Below are positions 28,867 to 36,718 of a stretch of 64,000 bases of DNA, in pieces (positions within the stretch are counted from its first letter, which is position 1; every line of letters begins with the position of its first letter). The stretch is from Klebsiella phage KP182. The notes beneath the pieces are model-generated. The model ran no database searches. It saw nothing but the letters and a program-made list of their open reading frames with translations, and was not told the origin of the DNA. The stretch lies in sequence record OM337876.1; one strand, given 5' to 3'. The translations under genes were made by a program, and so were the position numbers.

Positions 28867-29159
28867 TTGCGGCAGCTCCTAATCCAGGCATTGAAGTCTT
28901 CTTTTTCTTTCCACTTCTTGTATTTCATTCGGTAAACTAAAAATGTGCAGCAATTAATCAACGCGATAATCAGCGTCCACATAAGACTAAATATGAATAC
29001 GCCTAAAAATAAAAGCATAATCATAAACTCTGAGACGTTCAATCCAAAGAATGTCCCTCCAACAATTACGAAAGCACAATATAAAAGCCATGTCACAATT
29101 CCAAAACCTGGCGCGAGCCCGTCTTGGTTCCAAAATCCATCAGGTTTGCATTCATTCAT
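28863..29159 (-). CDS. small membrane protein
   Basis: 98-aa ORF with transmembrane segments. Confidence 0.45.
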   Translation of the reverse strand: MNECKPDGFWNQDGLAPGFGIVTWLLYCAFVIVGGTFFGLNVSEFMIMLLFLGVFIFSLMWTLIIALINCCTFLVYRMKYKKWKEKEDFNAWIRSCRK

Positions 29160-29515
29160 TTTCTTCTCACCTCTTTAACAAACTCAAGCGACTTTTTGCG
29201 ATTCCATTCAAGGGTTAAATTCTTGCATTGCTCTTTCCATTCGGCCTTTCGTTCATAATTATGCTTAACATACTTTACCCAACGAAATAGCTCAATTAAT
29301 CCCATGATGAGCAAACTAGTTCCCCACCATGCAAGCAGAATTCCGAATAACACTGCCGGTGTAATATCAGTTAACTGCATGATACCAATCGCGGTAAAGG
29401 TACACATTGCGCCGACAGTTGCACCAATACCAGGAACAAGGGCATAATCAATCTGATCAAATTTATAGACATAATTATAAACGGGAGGTTCACTTGGCAG
29501 ATATAAGTTACTCAT
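29156..29515 (-). CDS. small membrane protein
   Basis: 119-aa ORF with transmembrane segments. Confidence 0.45.
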   Translation of the reverse strand: MSNLYLPSEPPVYNYVYKFDQIDYALVPGIGATVGAMCTFTAIGIMQLTDITPAVLFGILLAWWGTSLLIMGLIELFRWVKYVKHNYERKAEWKEQCKNLTLEWNRKKSLEFVKEVRRK

Positions 29516-30114
29516 TTCTGCACCCTCTCACGGCAGTATTTGATAAATTCATCAATGATTAATTGTTTGCCTACCATGTTGTTAGAGTCAAACATACTCA
29601 TAACCTTTGATGGCAATTCATTAATGCAGTAATTTAAATAATTGCTATAATCATCCTGAGATGTCACATATTTAACTAGGTTAATGCCAAGACGATAGCT
29701 ATTTTTATTATGAATAATCTCAATAACTACTGTGTACGTTGTTGAACTAGAGGTAGAATATTCATCGGCATTAGTACGGGCTGATTTTAAATTTGATGGA
29801 GAATCGTTAAAAGAGTAGATTCCGTACCGAAGTGCAAAAATATCCACAAGCTTAACTCCGTCGGAAATAGACGAAATGCTAGAAATTAAGTTTTTCAGCT
29901 TGGAATAATCTTTAAGAACGATAGCCCGCGGCAAAACTGTAGTGTTATACCCATTATAACGAGTTTTCCAATTCTCAGGCCGAGTATCAATATAAGCAAA
30001 TTTCTCAAGAATATCAGTGATTTCTTTTGGAAATCCTGCTGCAATTAATTCTTTAATTTGAGGTGTTGCCATTGGAATATCTCCAGCACATTCGTATAAC
30101 ATTTTATTATCCAA
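29512..30114 (-). CDS. hypothetical protein
   Basis: 200-aa ORF. Confidence 0.4.
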   Translation of the reverse strand: MDNKMLYECAGDIPMATPQIKELIAAGFPKEITDILEKFAYIDTRPENWKTRYNGYNTTVLPRAIVLKDYSKLKNLISSISSISDGVKLVDIFALRYGIYSFNDSPSNLKSARTNADEYSTSSSTTYTVVIEIIHNKNSYRLGINLVKYVTSQDDYSNYLNYCINELPSKVMSMFDSNNMVGKQLIIDEFIKYCRERVQK

Positions 30115-30138
30115 ATAGGGGCCCGAAGGCCCCGGTAG
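30115..30138 (-). terminator. UUCG-tetraloop hairpin
   Basis: Minus strand has GGGGCC-TTCG-GGCCCC followed by TATTTGG. Confidence 0.5.
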
Positions 30139-30139
30139 A

Positions 30140-30733
30140 TTATTTCAGAGAGTTCAGATATTCCTGAACATCAGCAGAAGTGGTTTCGATACCAGGCTGA
30201 CTGCCATTGAAGGTTTCAACTTTCATCATGATATCTTGGACATCAACCTTAGCGAGTTCAGCGATTTCAATCACGTCATCAGCAGAGGTAATACCCAGAG
30301 CAGAAGCATTGCGAGTTTCACGGATGTATTCAAGTTTAACTGCAAGGTCCAAGCGCTGCTCGTCAAGCTTAACTACCGTCTGCTCAATTTGGGCACGCAT
30401 TTCTTTATATTCACCAGCTTTCTCACGCAGAGCAGTTGCGGTACGGCGATACAGAAGACCAAGCTTAGCCAGAGTTTCAACCGGAGCACCTTCTGCAAGA
30501 AGACGACGAATTTCACGCTCTTTGGAGGCACCAGCCTGGTCTTTTTCGTCAGCGAGTTTCAACAGACGTTTTTCTTCATTTACTGATTTAACATGCGTTG
30601 TACGCAGTTTAGTGATTTCATCAATAATACGGTTTGCTGCCATCGTATACTGGTCTTCAATAGAGGTATTCTGTGCAACAAAGGTACCAAATTTAGAACG
30701 GATGAATTCAACAAGTTTTTTCAGAATAGACAT
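30140..30733 (-). CDS. PspA/IM30-like coiled-coil protein
   Basis: 197-aa ORF with an N-terminal amphipathic helix followed by a long coiled coil. Its size and layout resemble PspA/Vipp1. Confidence 0.35.
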   Translation of the reverse strand: MSILKKLVEFIRSKFGTFVAQNTSIEDQYTMAANRIIDEITKLRTTHVKSVNEEKRLLKLADEKDQAGASKEREIRRLLAEGAPVETLAKLGLLYRRTATALREKAGEYKEMRAQIEQTVVKLDEQRLDLAVKLEYIRETRNASALGITSADDVIEIAELAKVDVQDIMMKVETFNGSQPGIETTSADVQEYLNSLK

Positions 30734-30779
30734 TTTATTTCCTCAGTAGGTGGGAGTTCATTATAACTCCCCAAAATTA

Positions 30780-31070
30780 TTAGCAGTTAATTACTGCTTC
30801 AATTCGTTTGGTTAAAGCACTAGCAGTTTTTGCGAATTTAATTTGAACAGTTTCGGTAGGAGCTTCTTCATGGTAAACTCGAACGTAGTACTCTTCAACA
30901 GCAGGCCAATCTTTACGAACATGCTTAATCAAATCTTTAAGTTCACGAGTTTCTGCTACATTGAACACTGCGTGTTCATGTTCACCTTTAATCCAAATCG
31001 CGCGATAACGATCAGGAGTACCATATTGATTATAACCACGTTCAATTTGGATAAAGTTGAATTTAGACAT
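30780..31070 (-). CDS. hypothetical protein
   Basis: Start at MSKFNFIQ (31070), preceded by the conserved leader GGAGAATAAAATG. Confidence 0.4.
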   Translation of the reverse strand: MSKFNFIQIERGYNQYGTPDRYRAIWIKGEHEHAVFNVAETRELKDLIKHVRKDWPAVEEYYVRVYHEEAPTETVQIKFAKTASALTKRIEAVINC

Positions 31071-31106
31071 TTTATTCTCCGTTACTCTGTTTTGTTTTGA
31101 TGGAGC

Positions 31107-31138
31107 TATAGTAACCGAGTTGACTGGCGTTGTAAACA
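31107..31138 (-). promoter_or_regulatory. T4-type early promoter plus duplicated leader
   Basis: GTTTAC, 16 nt, GGTTACTATA. The leader is identical over about 45 nt to the one at 14740-14784. Confidence 0.6.
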
Positions 31139-31544
31139 ACTTTGTGCACAAATTTTCAAATAATTTTAGGGAATTTGGAAGGACTTTCTGGAGGGTAGAA
31201 TGGATTTATACAGCTTGGGATATAGAAATGCCCAGACGACCTCTAGAAGGTATCTGGGCTATAATTGCGGTATTATCGTATACTAAAAAGCCCCGTCCGA
31301 AGACAGGGCTCTGAGAATCGACAGCATCACCTACTGGCAGATGACCTGCGAAATTCATTTCTTTGGACTCGGAGGCATCAGTCTCATCCAAAGAAATATA
31401 GCGTCAGGAGGTTATGCTTGCGACAGTGAACAACCGACTAGCGGCAATGGACGAACCATTCTCTTCTATCTGACGACTCAACGAGGGCATACGCAAGTTT
31501 CCCTTCGAATTTGGTGCCGATTGGACACAGATACGTTAGTGTTA

Positions 31545-32036
31545 TTAATTATTAACATGCTTGTTAATAAATCTTCTAGCTTGAGTGTGGCTAACGTTTA
31601 AAGCTTCTGCAAATTTTCCAAGTGCTCCATTCCTTGAAAAATCTATAGAGTTGTATATTTTTATTCTTTCTTCAATCGTATCAGGTTTTAGTTTGTTCGC
31701 ATTGTTTTTTGATATTAATTTAATAGATTCGGCAGAATGATGTTTTCCTAAAAATCCCGTATGACATTTACCAAATTTTGGGTTTTTACCATTTAACCTA
31801 GCATCACGTGTATTTTGATTGTTAGTAGCACAATAGATATTATCTAGTGAATAAGGACCTATATCTCCTTTGCGGCACATGCAATATTCAGTGCCTTTAC
31901 GCCCACGCAAATGATATTTACCAGTAGCTTTCCACCATTCAATCCACTGTTCAAATGTTAACTCCCAGCTTATGCCACGACGAATAGCAGCATGCCTTTG
32001 CGAATTATATTTTCCAAAATCTATATCGTTTCTCAT
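31545..32036 (-). CDS. free-standing homing endonuclease-like protein (HNH-type N-domain plus NUMOD3)
   Basis: 163-aa ORF with a GKHHSAESIKLIS NUMOD3 motif and a C-terminal HTH-like VSHTQARRFIN. It is a paralog of the ORF at 36986..37465 and abuts tRNA-Arg. Confidence 0.55.
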   Translation of the reverse strand: MRNDIDFGKYNSQRHAAIRRGISWELTFEQWIEWWKATGKYHLRGRKGTEYCMCRKGDIGPYSLDNIYCATNNQNTRDARLNGKNPKFGKCHTGFLGKHHSAESIKLISKNNANKLKPDTIEERIKIYNSIDFSRNGALGKFAEALNVSHTQARRFINKHVNN

Positions 32037-32055
32037 AATTTTATTCTCATAAATT

Positions 32056-32131
32056 TGGTACCCCCACCAGGACTCGAACCCGGACTACCGACCTTAGAAC
32101 GATCGTGTGCTATCCATTACACTATAAGGGC
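32056..32131 (-). tRNA. tRNA-Arg (anticodon UCU)
   Basis: Cloverleaf with a perfect D arm, T arm GGTTCGAGTCC, anticodon loop GTTCTAA and an encoded CCA. The acceptor stem needs three G-U pairs. Confidence 0.6.
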
Positions 32132-32133
32132 TT

Positions 32134-32220
32134 TGGTGCGTCGAACGAGACTCGAACTCGTACGGGTTTAATCCCGGGAGATTTTAAGTCTCCTTTGTCT
32201 ACCAATTCCAACATCGACGC
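32134..32220 (-). tRNA. tRNA-Leu (anticodon UAA), class II
   Basis: GCGTCGA/TCGACGC acceptor, D arm TTGGAATTGGTAGACAA, anticodon loop CTTAAAA, long variable arm and CCA. Confidence 0.85.
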
Positions 32221-32226
32221 AAATAT

Positions 32227-32354
32227 TTGTTCAGGCAGGACTCGAACCTGCACGACTGATTCCGTCAGCGATTTACCACCGTCGCCAGCATATGATGCAA
32301 TATGCGAGCTCAAAAGGTGTCCGTCACCATGTCTACCGATTTCAACACTGAACA
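32227..32354 (-). ncRNA. 128-nt tRNA-like stable RNA (candidate T4 species-2/rnaD-like)
   Basis: A perfect 7-bp acceptor pairing TGTTCAG...CTGAACA spans 128 nt. It has a Leu-like D arm at the 5-prime end, a canonical T arm GCAGGTTCGAGTCCTGC at the 3-prime end and an internal GCATAT/ATATGC hairpin. There is no canonical anticodon arm. Confidence 0.45.
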
Positions 32355-32365
32355 AGATAATTATA

Positions 32366-32842
32366 TTACCGATTATTTATAGCATTTCTTAAACGATAAA
32401 GTTGATTACAGAATTCGCGTTCAGTCAAAATCGTTTCAGAAATTTTATTTTTACCCATACTGTGAGTGAGCGTAGCATTCCTGGTAGCAGCCAAAGCTTT
32501 TCTGAATCCTTCATTTTTACTAAGTGCATCGTATGCTCCTGTCAGTAAATTCTGATACGCTTCTGAAGCACGATGGATTGGCACGCCTTTCCAATAAAGT
32601 GTTTGAGTTGGCCACCACCGTTTCTTTTTACCTTTGAACTTAGCCGATTTACCAACTAATGTACATACATGTGCTTGCATTTCAGGCGAAGAAAATTTGA
32701 GGGACTGCAAGAATCCCTCCATTGAGGCACATTCTACGCCATCATAGATAAATTTATGAGGAGCAAAGTTGCTCAAAGCACATGATGGATATGAACTACC
32801 TGAACCGATATCCATTACTTTTCCTTCACGTATTTCAACCAA
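32366..32842 (-). CDS. NADAR-domain protein (YbiA-like; putative ADP-ribosyl-nucleic-acid hydrolase)
   Basis: 158-aa ORF with GSGSSYPSCALSNFAPHKFIYDGVECASMEGFLQSLKF, matching the NADAR/DUF1768 core (SNF..F..DG.....SEH.FQ..KF). Confidence 0.6.
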   Translation of the reverse strand: MVEIREGKVMDIGSGSSYPSCALSNFAPHKFIYDGVECASMEGFLQSLKFSSPEMQAHVCTLVGKSAKFKGKKKRWWPTQTLYWKGVPIHRASEAYQNLLTGAYDALSKNEGFRKALAATRNATLTHSMGKNKISETILTEREFCNQLYRLRNAINNR

Positions 32843-33369
32843 TCAACTTTTAATGGACTTTCTTTTTGTTTATACGTAATTCCAACATGGAATGCAACCG
32901 GAGCGTCAGGAATACGAATTTCTTCTTTGATGTCAAAGATTTCTACTTTCTCAAATACTCGCATGAAATCATAATCATATTCAATTGGATTACCCAACCA
33001 AGCCTGAATAGCATACATAACTTCATTTGAACAAGAATAGTGGTTATCTAAATAAGCATCAAACTCTTCGTCTGAACAATCATATGCAGGAACATCAACG
33101 CCAAAGAATTTCTTGGAAAATTCAGGAGTTACATACTTTTGTTCAGTGTGAAGCTTTTCAAGAATTGCTTCATGGTTGTAATCATTATTTCCAAGGTATT
33201 CACCACGCCGACCATTAGAAGAGAACCATTCAAGAACATGAATTACTTGATTAATCTCTTCTTTTTCTAAGCCATAAACCATTTGGGTAGAATACCGATC
33301 AGCATCGTTTTCCCAAGTGGTAATTGCCATTGCTAAGCCTTTAGGAATAACTTGTCCAAATTTAATATG
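32815..33369 (-). CDS. hypothetical protein
   Basis: The called ORF extends to 33426 and would overlap the tRNA. The internal start MHIKFGQ at 33369 avoids this. Confidence 0.4.
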   Translation of the reverse strand, partial: HIKFGQVIPKGLAMAITTWENDADRYSTQMVYGLEKEEINQVIHVLEWFSSNGRRGEYLGNNDYNHEAILEKLHTEQKYVTPEFSKKFFGVDVPAYDCSDEEFDAYLDNHYSCSNEVMYAIQAWLGNPIEYDYDFMRVFEKVEIFDIKEEIRIPDAPVAFHVGITYKQKESPLKVDWLKYVKEK

Positions 33370-33395
33370 CATTTCAATTTCCTCTGTTGATAATT

Positions 33396-33472
33396 TGGTG
33401 ACCCTGGCAAAGACTCGAACATGCAACCAATCCCTTATGAGGGGAACGCTCTACCAATTGAGCTACAGGGCC
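33396..33472 (-). tRNA. tRNA-Met/Ile2 (anticodon CAU)
   Basis: GGCCCTG/CAGGGTC acceptor, perfect D arm GCTCAATTGGTAGAGC, anticodon loop CTCATAA and CCA. The T stem has one extra or mismatched nucleotide. Confidence 0.65.
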
Positions 33473-33496
33473 TTTATAGAAATCTTACGACTTTTA

Positions 33497-33525
33497 TAAA
33501 AGCCCTCCGAAGAGGGCGCCTTGTC
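33497..33525 (-). terminator. UUCG-tetraloop terminator
   Basis: Minus strand has GCCCTC-TTCG-GAGGGC followed by TTTTATAAAAG. Confidence 0.65.
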
Positions 33526-33550
33526 GGGCTTATCCACCTGCTAGGCAGAA

Positions 33551-33775
33551 TTACTCACACATAAAATCAGCTACTTCCCAGAAGTCATTTTCAACTGCTA
33601 CTTTAACCACCGGAGAAATTTCAGACGTTTTAATAGAAACAATTACATCACCTGTGACAGTTTCTACCAGACCAACAATTTTCTCGCTACGAGCAACAAA
33701 TTTGCTCACCGGATGAAATTTACCGGTAGCAGCGAACATAGCTTCTTGGTCAACAATCAGTGCGATACGTTTCAT
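33551..33775 (-). CDS. hypothetical protein
   Basis: 74-aa ORF. Confidence 0.4.
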   Translation of the reverse strand: MKRIALIVDQEAMFAATGKFHPVSKFVARSEKIVGLVETVTGDVIVSIKTSEISPVVKVAVENDFWEVADFMCE

Positions 33776-33830
33776 TCTTTTTCCTTGTTTGTTTGGTATG
33801 AATTAATTATATCTGTTTATTTTTGTAGCA

Positions 33831-34064
33831 TTAAATATCAAAGATGGTTCCGTTATCCCACATCGTAGCGAACATAGGAGAAACCTTAACGAATGATTTG
33901 CTTCGCATTGCAACGTAGTCGTTATCTACTTTAGCCAATCCTGAAGCAATATCAGTAATACGGCCACACTTCATAGAACCGCGACCACCTTTATTGTATG
34001 TGCGTTCTCCGTAGAAAACGATATCACCAACTTGTACGTCTCGACCTTTAGAATCTTTCATCAT
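33831..34064 (-). CDS. hypothetical protein
   Basis: 77-aa ORF. Confidence 0.4.
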   Translation of the reverse strand: MMKDSKGRDVQVGDIVFYGERTYNKGGRGSMKCGRITDIASGLAKVDNDYVAMRSKSFVKVSPMFATMWDNGTIFDI

Positions 34065-34413
34065 ATTTCGCCTGATAAATTCGTTTAAAATCAGTAATTA
34101 GCTCTTCTACATTTGAAGCATTAGTAAACGGAATAACTTGACGCAGTTTACTTACTTTACAGCCAGAATGATAAGCAATAACTTCTTGAATATCACGCTC
34201 ACTGAAGTACTCATATTTGATTAATGCTTCGTATCTGCATTTAATCCAGACCCACATACCTTTGCGTTCATCAAAAGTATATGCAAAATCAGCATGAAGC
34301 ATTAAATCACGTTCAGATTTACATAATCCTAAAGCAAAATTAGTTGGACGATTCCATTGTAATTTCACCGTAATAGCATTTACGTCATTTGATACACCAA
34401 TAAAAATATTCAT
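34048..34413 (-). CDS. hypothetical protein
   Basis: 121-aa ORF. Confidence 0.4.
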   Translation of the reverse strand: MNIFIGVSNDVNAITVKLQWNRPTNFALGLCKSERDLMLHADFAYTFDERKGMWVWIKCRYEALIKYEYFSERDIQEVIAYHSGCKVSKLRQVIPFTNASNVEELITDFKRIYQAKYDERF

Positions 34414-34562
34414 TCTATTTCCTTCGCTTGTTTTTGGCCTTCTTGTCGTGCACGAGAACGTCCTGCTTTATGCAGTGATTCGTAATATGCTCGACGTCTA
34501 TCAATGTTTTCTGTACGATATGCTTTCCCGAAATGGGATGTTTTGAAGCCGTAATATTTCAT
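34410..34562 (-). CDS. hypothetical small protein
   Basis: The called ORF extends to 34619 into the tRNA-like RNA. The internal start MKYYGF (about 34562) avoids the overlap. Confidence 0.3.
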   Translation of the reverse strand: MKYYGFKTSHFGKAYRTENIDRRRAYYESLHKAGRSRARQEGQKQAKEIE

Positions 34563-34587
34563 AATATAATTCTCAATGGCAAGTGAT

Positions 34588-34731
34588 TGGACGGTATGCC
34601 CGGTCTCGAACCGAGTCACATTGACTTTGCAGAATCCATGTGTTTAATATATCACCCATACTCGATAGCATATCTGAACGAGACTGCAATCCCGCTACTC
34701 AGCTTACACCATCTTGTATTGTGTCATACCG
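34588..34731 (-). ncRNA. 144-nt tRNA-like stable RNA (candidate T4 species-1/rnaC-like)
   Basis: A 7-bp acceptor pairing CGGTATG...CATACCG-T-CCA (encoded CCA) spans 144 nt. It has a T arm CTCGGTTCGAGACCGGG, a D-like arm ACAC..GTGT and an internal 6-bp TTGCAG/CTGCAA stem enclosing about 55 nt. Confidence 0.45.
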
Positions 34732-34737
34732 TTAATT

Positions 34738-34814
34738 TGGTCTCCATAGAATGACTCGAACATTCGACCTTTCCATCCCAAATGGAACGCTCTACCAGAC
34801 TGAGCTATACGGAG
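34738..34814 (-). tRNA. tRNA-Pro (anticodon UGG)
   Basis: CTCCGTA acceptor, D arm GCTCAGTCTGGTAGAGC, anticodon loop TTTGGGA, T arm GAATGTTCGAGTCATTC and CCA. Confidence 0.85.
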
Positions 34815-34819
34815 TAATT

Positions 34820-34894
34820 TGGAGCATCCAAGGAGAATCGAACTCCTATCTTCTGGGTGGAAGCCAGACATAATATCCGCTATACGATGGATGC
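34820..34894 (-). tRNA. tRNA-Gly (anticodon UCC)
   Basis: GCATCCA/TGGATGC acceptor, anticodon stem TCTGG/CCAGA with loop CTTCCAC, T arm AGGAGTTCGATTCTCCT and CCA. Confidence 0.85.
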
Positions 34895-34899
34895 AAATT

Positions 34900-34975
34900 T
34901 GGCAGGCCCTGAAGGAATCGAACCCTCATCACTGGGTTTGGAGCCCAGCATAATAGCCGTTATACTAAGAACCTG
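34900..34975 (-). tRNA. tRNA-Trp (anticodon CCA)
   Basis: Anticodon stem CTGGG/CCCAG with loop CTCCAAA and T loop TTCGATT. The acceptor needs two G-U pairs and carries one extra nucleotide. Confidence 0.6.
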
Positions 34976-34980
34976 TTATT

Positions 34981-35056
34981 TGGTGGGAGTAACTGGACTC
35001 GAACCAGTCACCGCTCGATTATCGGTCGAGAGCTCTACCAAATGAGCTATACTCCC
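34981..35056 (-). tRNA. tRNA-Ile (anticodon GAU)
   Basis: GGGAGTA/TACTCCC acceptor, perfect D and T arms, anticodon loop CCGATAA and CCA. Confidence 0.85.
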
Positions 35057-35122
35057 ATGGAAAGCTAATCATCTAATTGTTGATGTACCACTGCTATGGG
35101 CAGCGTTTAACTTTCATAAATT

Positions 35123-35207
35123 TGGCGGAGAGTAAAGGAGTTGAACCCTCACCGTTTCCGATGGCCCGGATTTCAAGTCCGGTTTGCTACCACTAGCGCT
35201 ACTCTCC
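35123..35207 (-). tRNA. tRNA-Ser (anticodon UGA), class II
   Basis: GGAGAGT/ACTCTCC acceptor, anticodon stem CCGGA/TCCGG with loop CTTGAAA, long variable arm and CCA. Confidence 0.8.
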
Positions 35208-35303
35208 ATTAATTGGTGAAGGAAGTGCCATATAGACACAATTCGCTTAGCGACAGCCACAGCATTTTGCGGGCCGTGTATTTTTCCACCATTCCTTCAT
35301 TGT

Positions 35304-35379
35304 TGGGGTGACCGATGGGAGTTGAACCCATGACTACGAGAATCACAATCTCGAGTTCTACCAACTGAACTACGGCCAC
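35304..35379 (-). tRNA. tRNA-His (anticodon GUG)
   Basis: GTGGCCG acceptor, D arm GTTCAGTTGGTAGAAC, anticodon stem CGAGA/TCTCG with loop TTGTGAT, T arm ATGGGTTCAACTCCCAT and CCA. Confidence 0.85.
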
Positions 35380-35475
35380 ATCAATATTCACTCCATCCAT
35401 CATGAGGACTTCATACGAAATTAAGAGAAGAATGATCAGTTCAACCCCTGTAGACGCGTTGAATGAATATTAATT

Positions 35476-35550
35476 TGGCTGGACTATCTGGATTCGAACC
35501 AGAGATACCGGAGTCAAAGGCCGGTGACTTAACCGCTTGTCTATAGTCCA
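35476..35550 (-). tRNA. tRNA-Gln (anticodon UUG)
   Basis: TGGACTA/TAGTCCA acceptor, anticodon loop CTTTGAC (T4 Gln-like), T arm TCTGGTTCGAATCCAGA and CCA. Confidence 0.75.
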
Positions 35551-35551
35551 A

Positions 35552-36220
35552 TTATTTATTTACTAATTTTCTTCCTTTATACCATCCTTCTGGTATAGGG
35601 GAATCTTTTGAAATCTTTTTAGCTTCTATTCCATTATTAATCCACATTGTGCCAAATTGTGAATTTTTTGAACCGGATTGAGCTAGTTTCAGTTTATCAG
35701 AAATTTTTCGTTTAGTTTCAGAAGAGTGTGTTTTACCTAAAAACGGATTTCCATTTTTAGCTATATTAGCTTTAACTGCGTCTGCAATGCGAGAACGTGC
35801 ATCTGGTGTAATTCCAGATTTAACCTTATCCGAAAAATTCAGTTTAAATTTAGAATCATTTCTAATTTTATTACTGGTTGAATTTCCTCCAAGTATTCCT
35901 CTTGCTTTCATTTTTGACGGAGTCCAATATGTTGAGTTAACATAGTCAAATCCACCTTCACCACCAAGTTTTAAATTATATACGTTTCCTAATAAAAATT
36001 CTGGTGTAACTATTTCAGATTCCTTTAAATACATCTCCTCAGATGATTCACAATAATGAATAACTTCCTTGGTAAAGTTCTCAATTCCGTATTTTAGAAT
36101 TGCCTTTTTAATTAATACACCTGAACCCATGTAGCCATCATTGATGTCATCAGTTTTATGGGCTCCAACATAATATTTGCCATTTACATTATTGGTTATT
36201 TTATAAATCAAATAGTACAT
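35552..36220 (-). CDS. segB-like: GIY-YIG homing endonuclease (SegB-like, within tRNA cluster)
   Basis: 222-aa ORF with an N-terminal YLIYKITNNVNGKYYVGAHKT GIY-YIG motif. A seg-family endonuclease sits in the same place in the T4 tRNA cluster. Confidence 0.75.
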   Translation of the reverse strand: MYYLIYKITNNVNGKYYVGAHKTDDINDGYMGSGVLIKKAILKYGIENFTKEVIHYCESSEEMYLKESEIVTPEFLLGNVYNLKLGGEGGFDYVNSTYWTPSKMKARGILGGNSTSNKIRNDSKFKLNFSDKVKSGITPDARSRIADAVKANIAKNGNPFLGKTHSSETKRKISDKLKLAQSGSKNSQFGTMWINNGIEAKKISKDSPIPEGWYKGRKLVNK

Positions 36221-36284
36221 AAATTATTCTCCATACCAACTACGTGATAATTATATCACATGGTACGGATAAAGTAAACAAAAG

Positions 36285-36357
36285 AGGCGGAGGCAGGACT
36301 CGAACCTGCGCGTGTCGGGATATGAGCCCAACATTCTACCAACTGAAGTTACTCCGC
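36285..36357 (-). tRNA. tRNA-Met (anticodon CAU), second copy
   Basis: Anticodon stem TTGGG/CCCGA with loop CTCATAT and T arm GCAGGTTCGAGTCCTGC. The acceptor/D pairing is imperfect and no CCA is encoded. Confidence 0.55.
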
Positions 36358-36366
36358 ATTTATCCG

Positions 36367-36506
36367 GGTTCTTGAAGTACTAACAAGTAGCTTGATGTAG
36401 AACACGCTAAAGATATAATCTTCCGAATATAGAGCTTATCCCGTGGGAACAAACAGCTTCGTCCTCGGCATTATCTTATAGGACTCAAACTCATCTTCAA
36501 GAACTG
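36367..36506. ncRNA. structured element closed by 10-bp long-range inverted repeat
   Basis: GTTCTTGAAG (36367-36376) pairs with CTTCAAGAAC (36497-36506) about 120 nt apart. There is no ORF and no tRNA fold. The element lies between tRNA-Met and tRNA-Asp. Confidence 0.35.
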
Positions 36507-36519
36507 CCACGTTCTTATT

Positions 36520-36596
36520 TGGCGGACCTAGCGAGGATCGAACTCGCGCTCTCTCCCGTGACAGGGGAGTATTTTATCCAACTAAACTATAGGTCC
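36520..36596 (-). tRNA. tRNA-Asp (anticodon GUC)
   Basis: GGACCTA/TAGGTCC acceptor, anticodon stem CTCCC/GGGAG with loop CTGTCAC, T arm GCGAGTTCGATCCTCGC and CCA. Confidence 0.85.
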
Positions 36597-36601
36597 ATAA
36601 T

Positions 36602-36718
36602 TCGCTTTCAGAGATACTCTGGCACGATGCCGAAGCAAAGGGGAACAGGACTCTCATCACCTTGGTACCAGATGAATCTTGTTTAGCACTCTGTTCTAAG
36701 ATGTATCCCTGAAAGCGA
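36602..36718. ncRNA. structured element closed by 11-bp long-range inverted repeat
   Basis: TTCGCTTTCAG (36602-36612) pairs with CTGAAAGCGAA (36708-36718) about 95 nt apart. The region is non-coding and lies between tRNA-Asp and tRNA-Asn. Confidence 0.35.

Noticed and set aside
32227-32354. Possibility that the extended tRNA-like elements are intron-containing tRNAs
   Set aside because: The inserts are about 55 nt, far too short for group I introns. There is no anticodon stem flanking the insert, so a stable-RNA interpretation is favoured, though not proven.
32105-32392. Plus- and minus-strand ORFs 32105..32392 and 32122..32355 across tRNA-Arg/Leu and the tRNA-like RNA
   Set aside because: They are translations of tRNA sequence, not genes.
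35209-35403. 64-aa minus-strand ORF overlapping tRNA-His and the spacer
   Set aside because: It overlaps a well-folded tRNA and is Val/Leu-rich and low-complexity, so it is likely spurious. The 105-nt spacer at 35208-35303 is probably non-coding.
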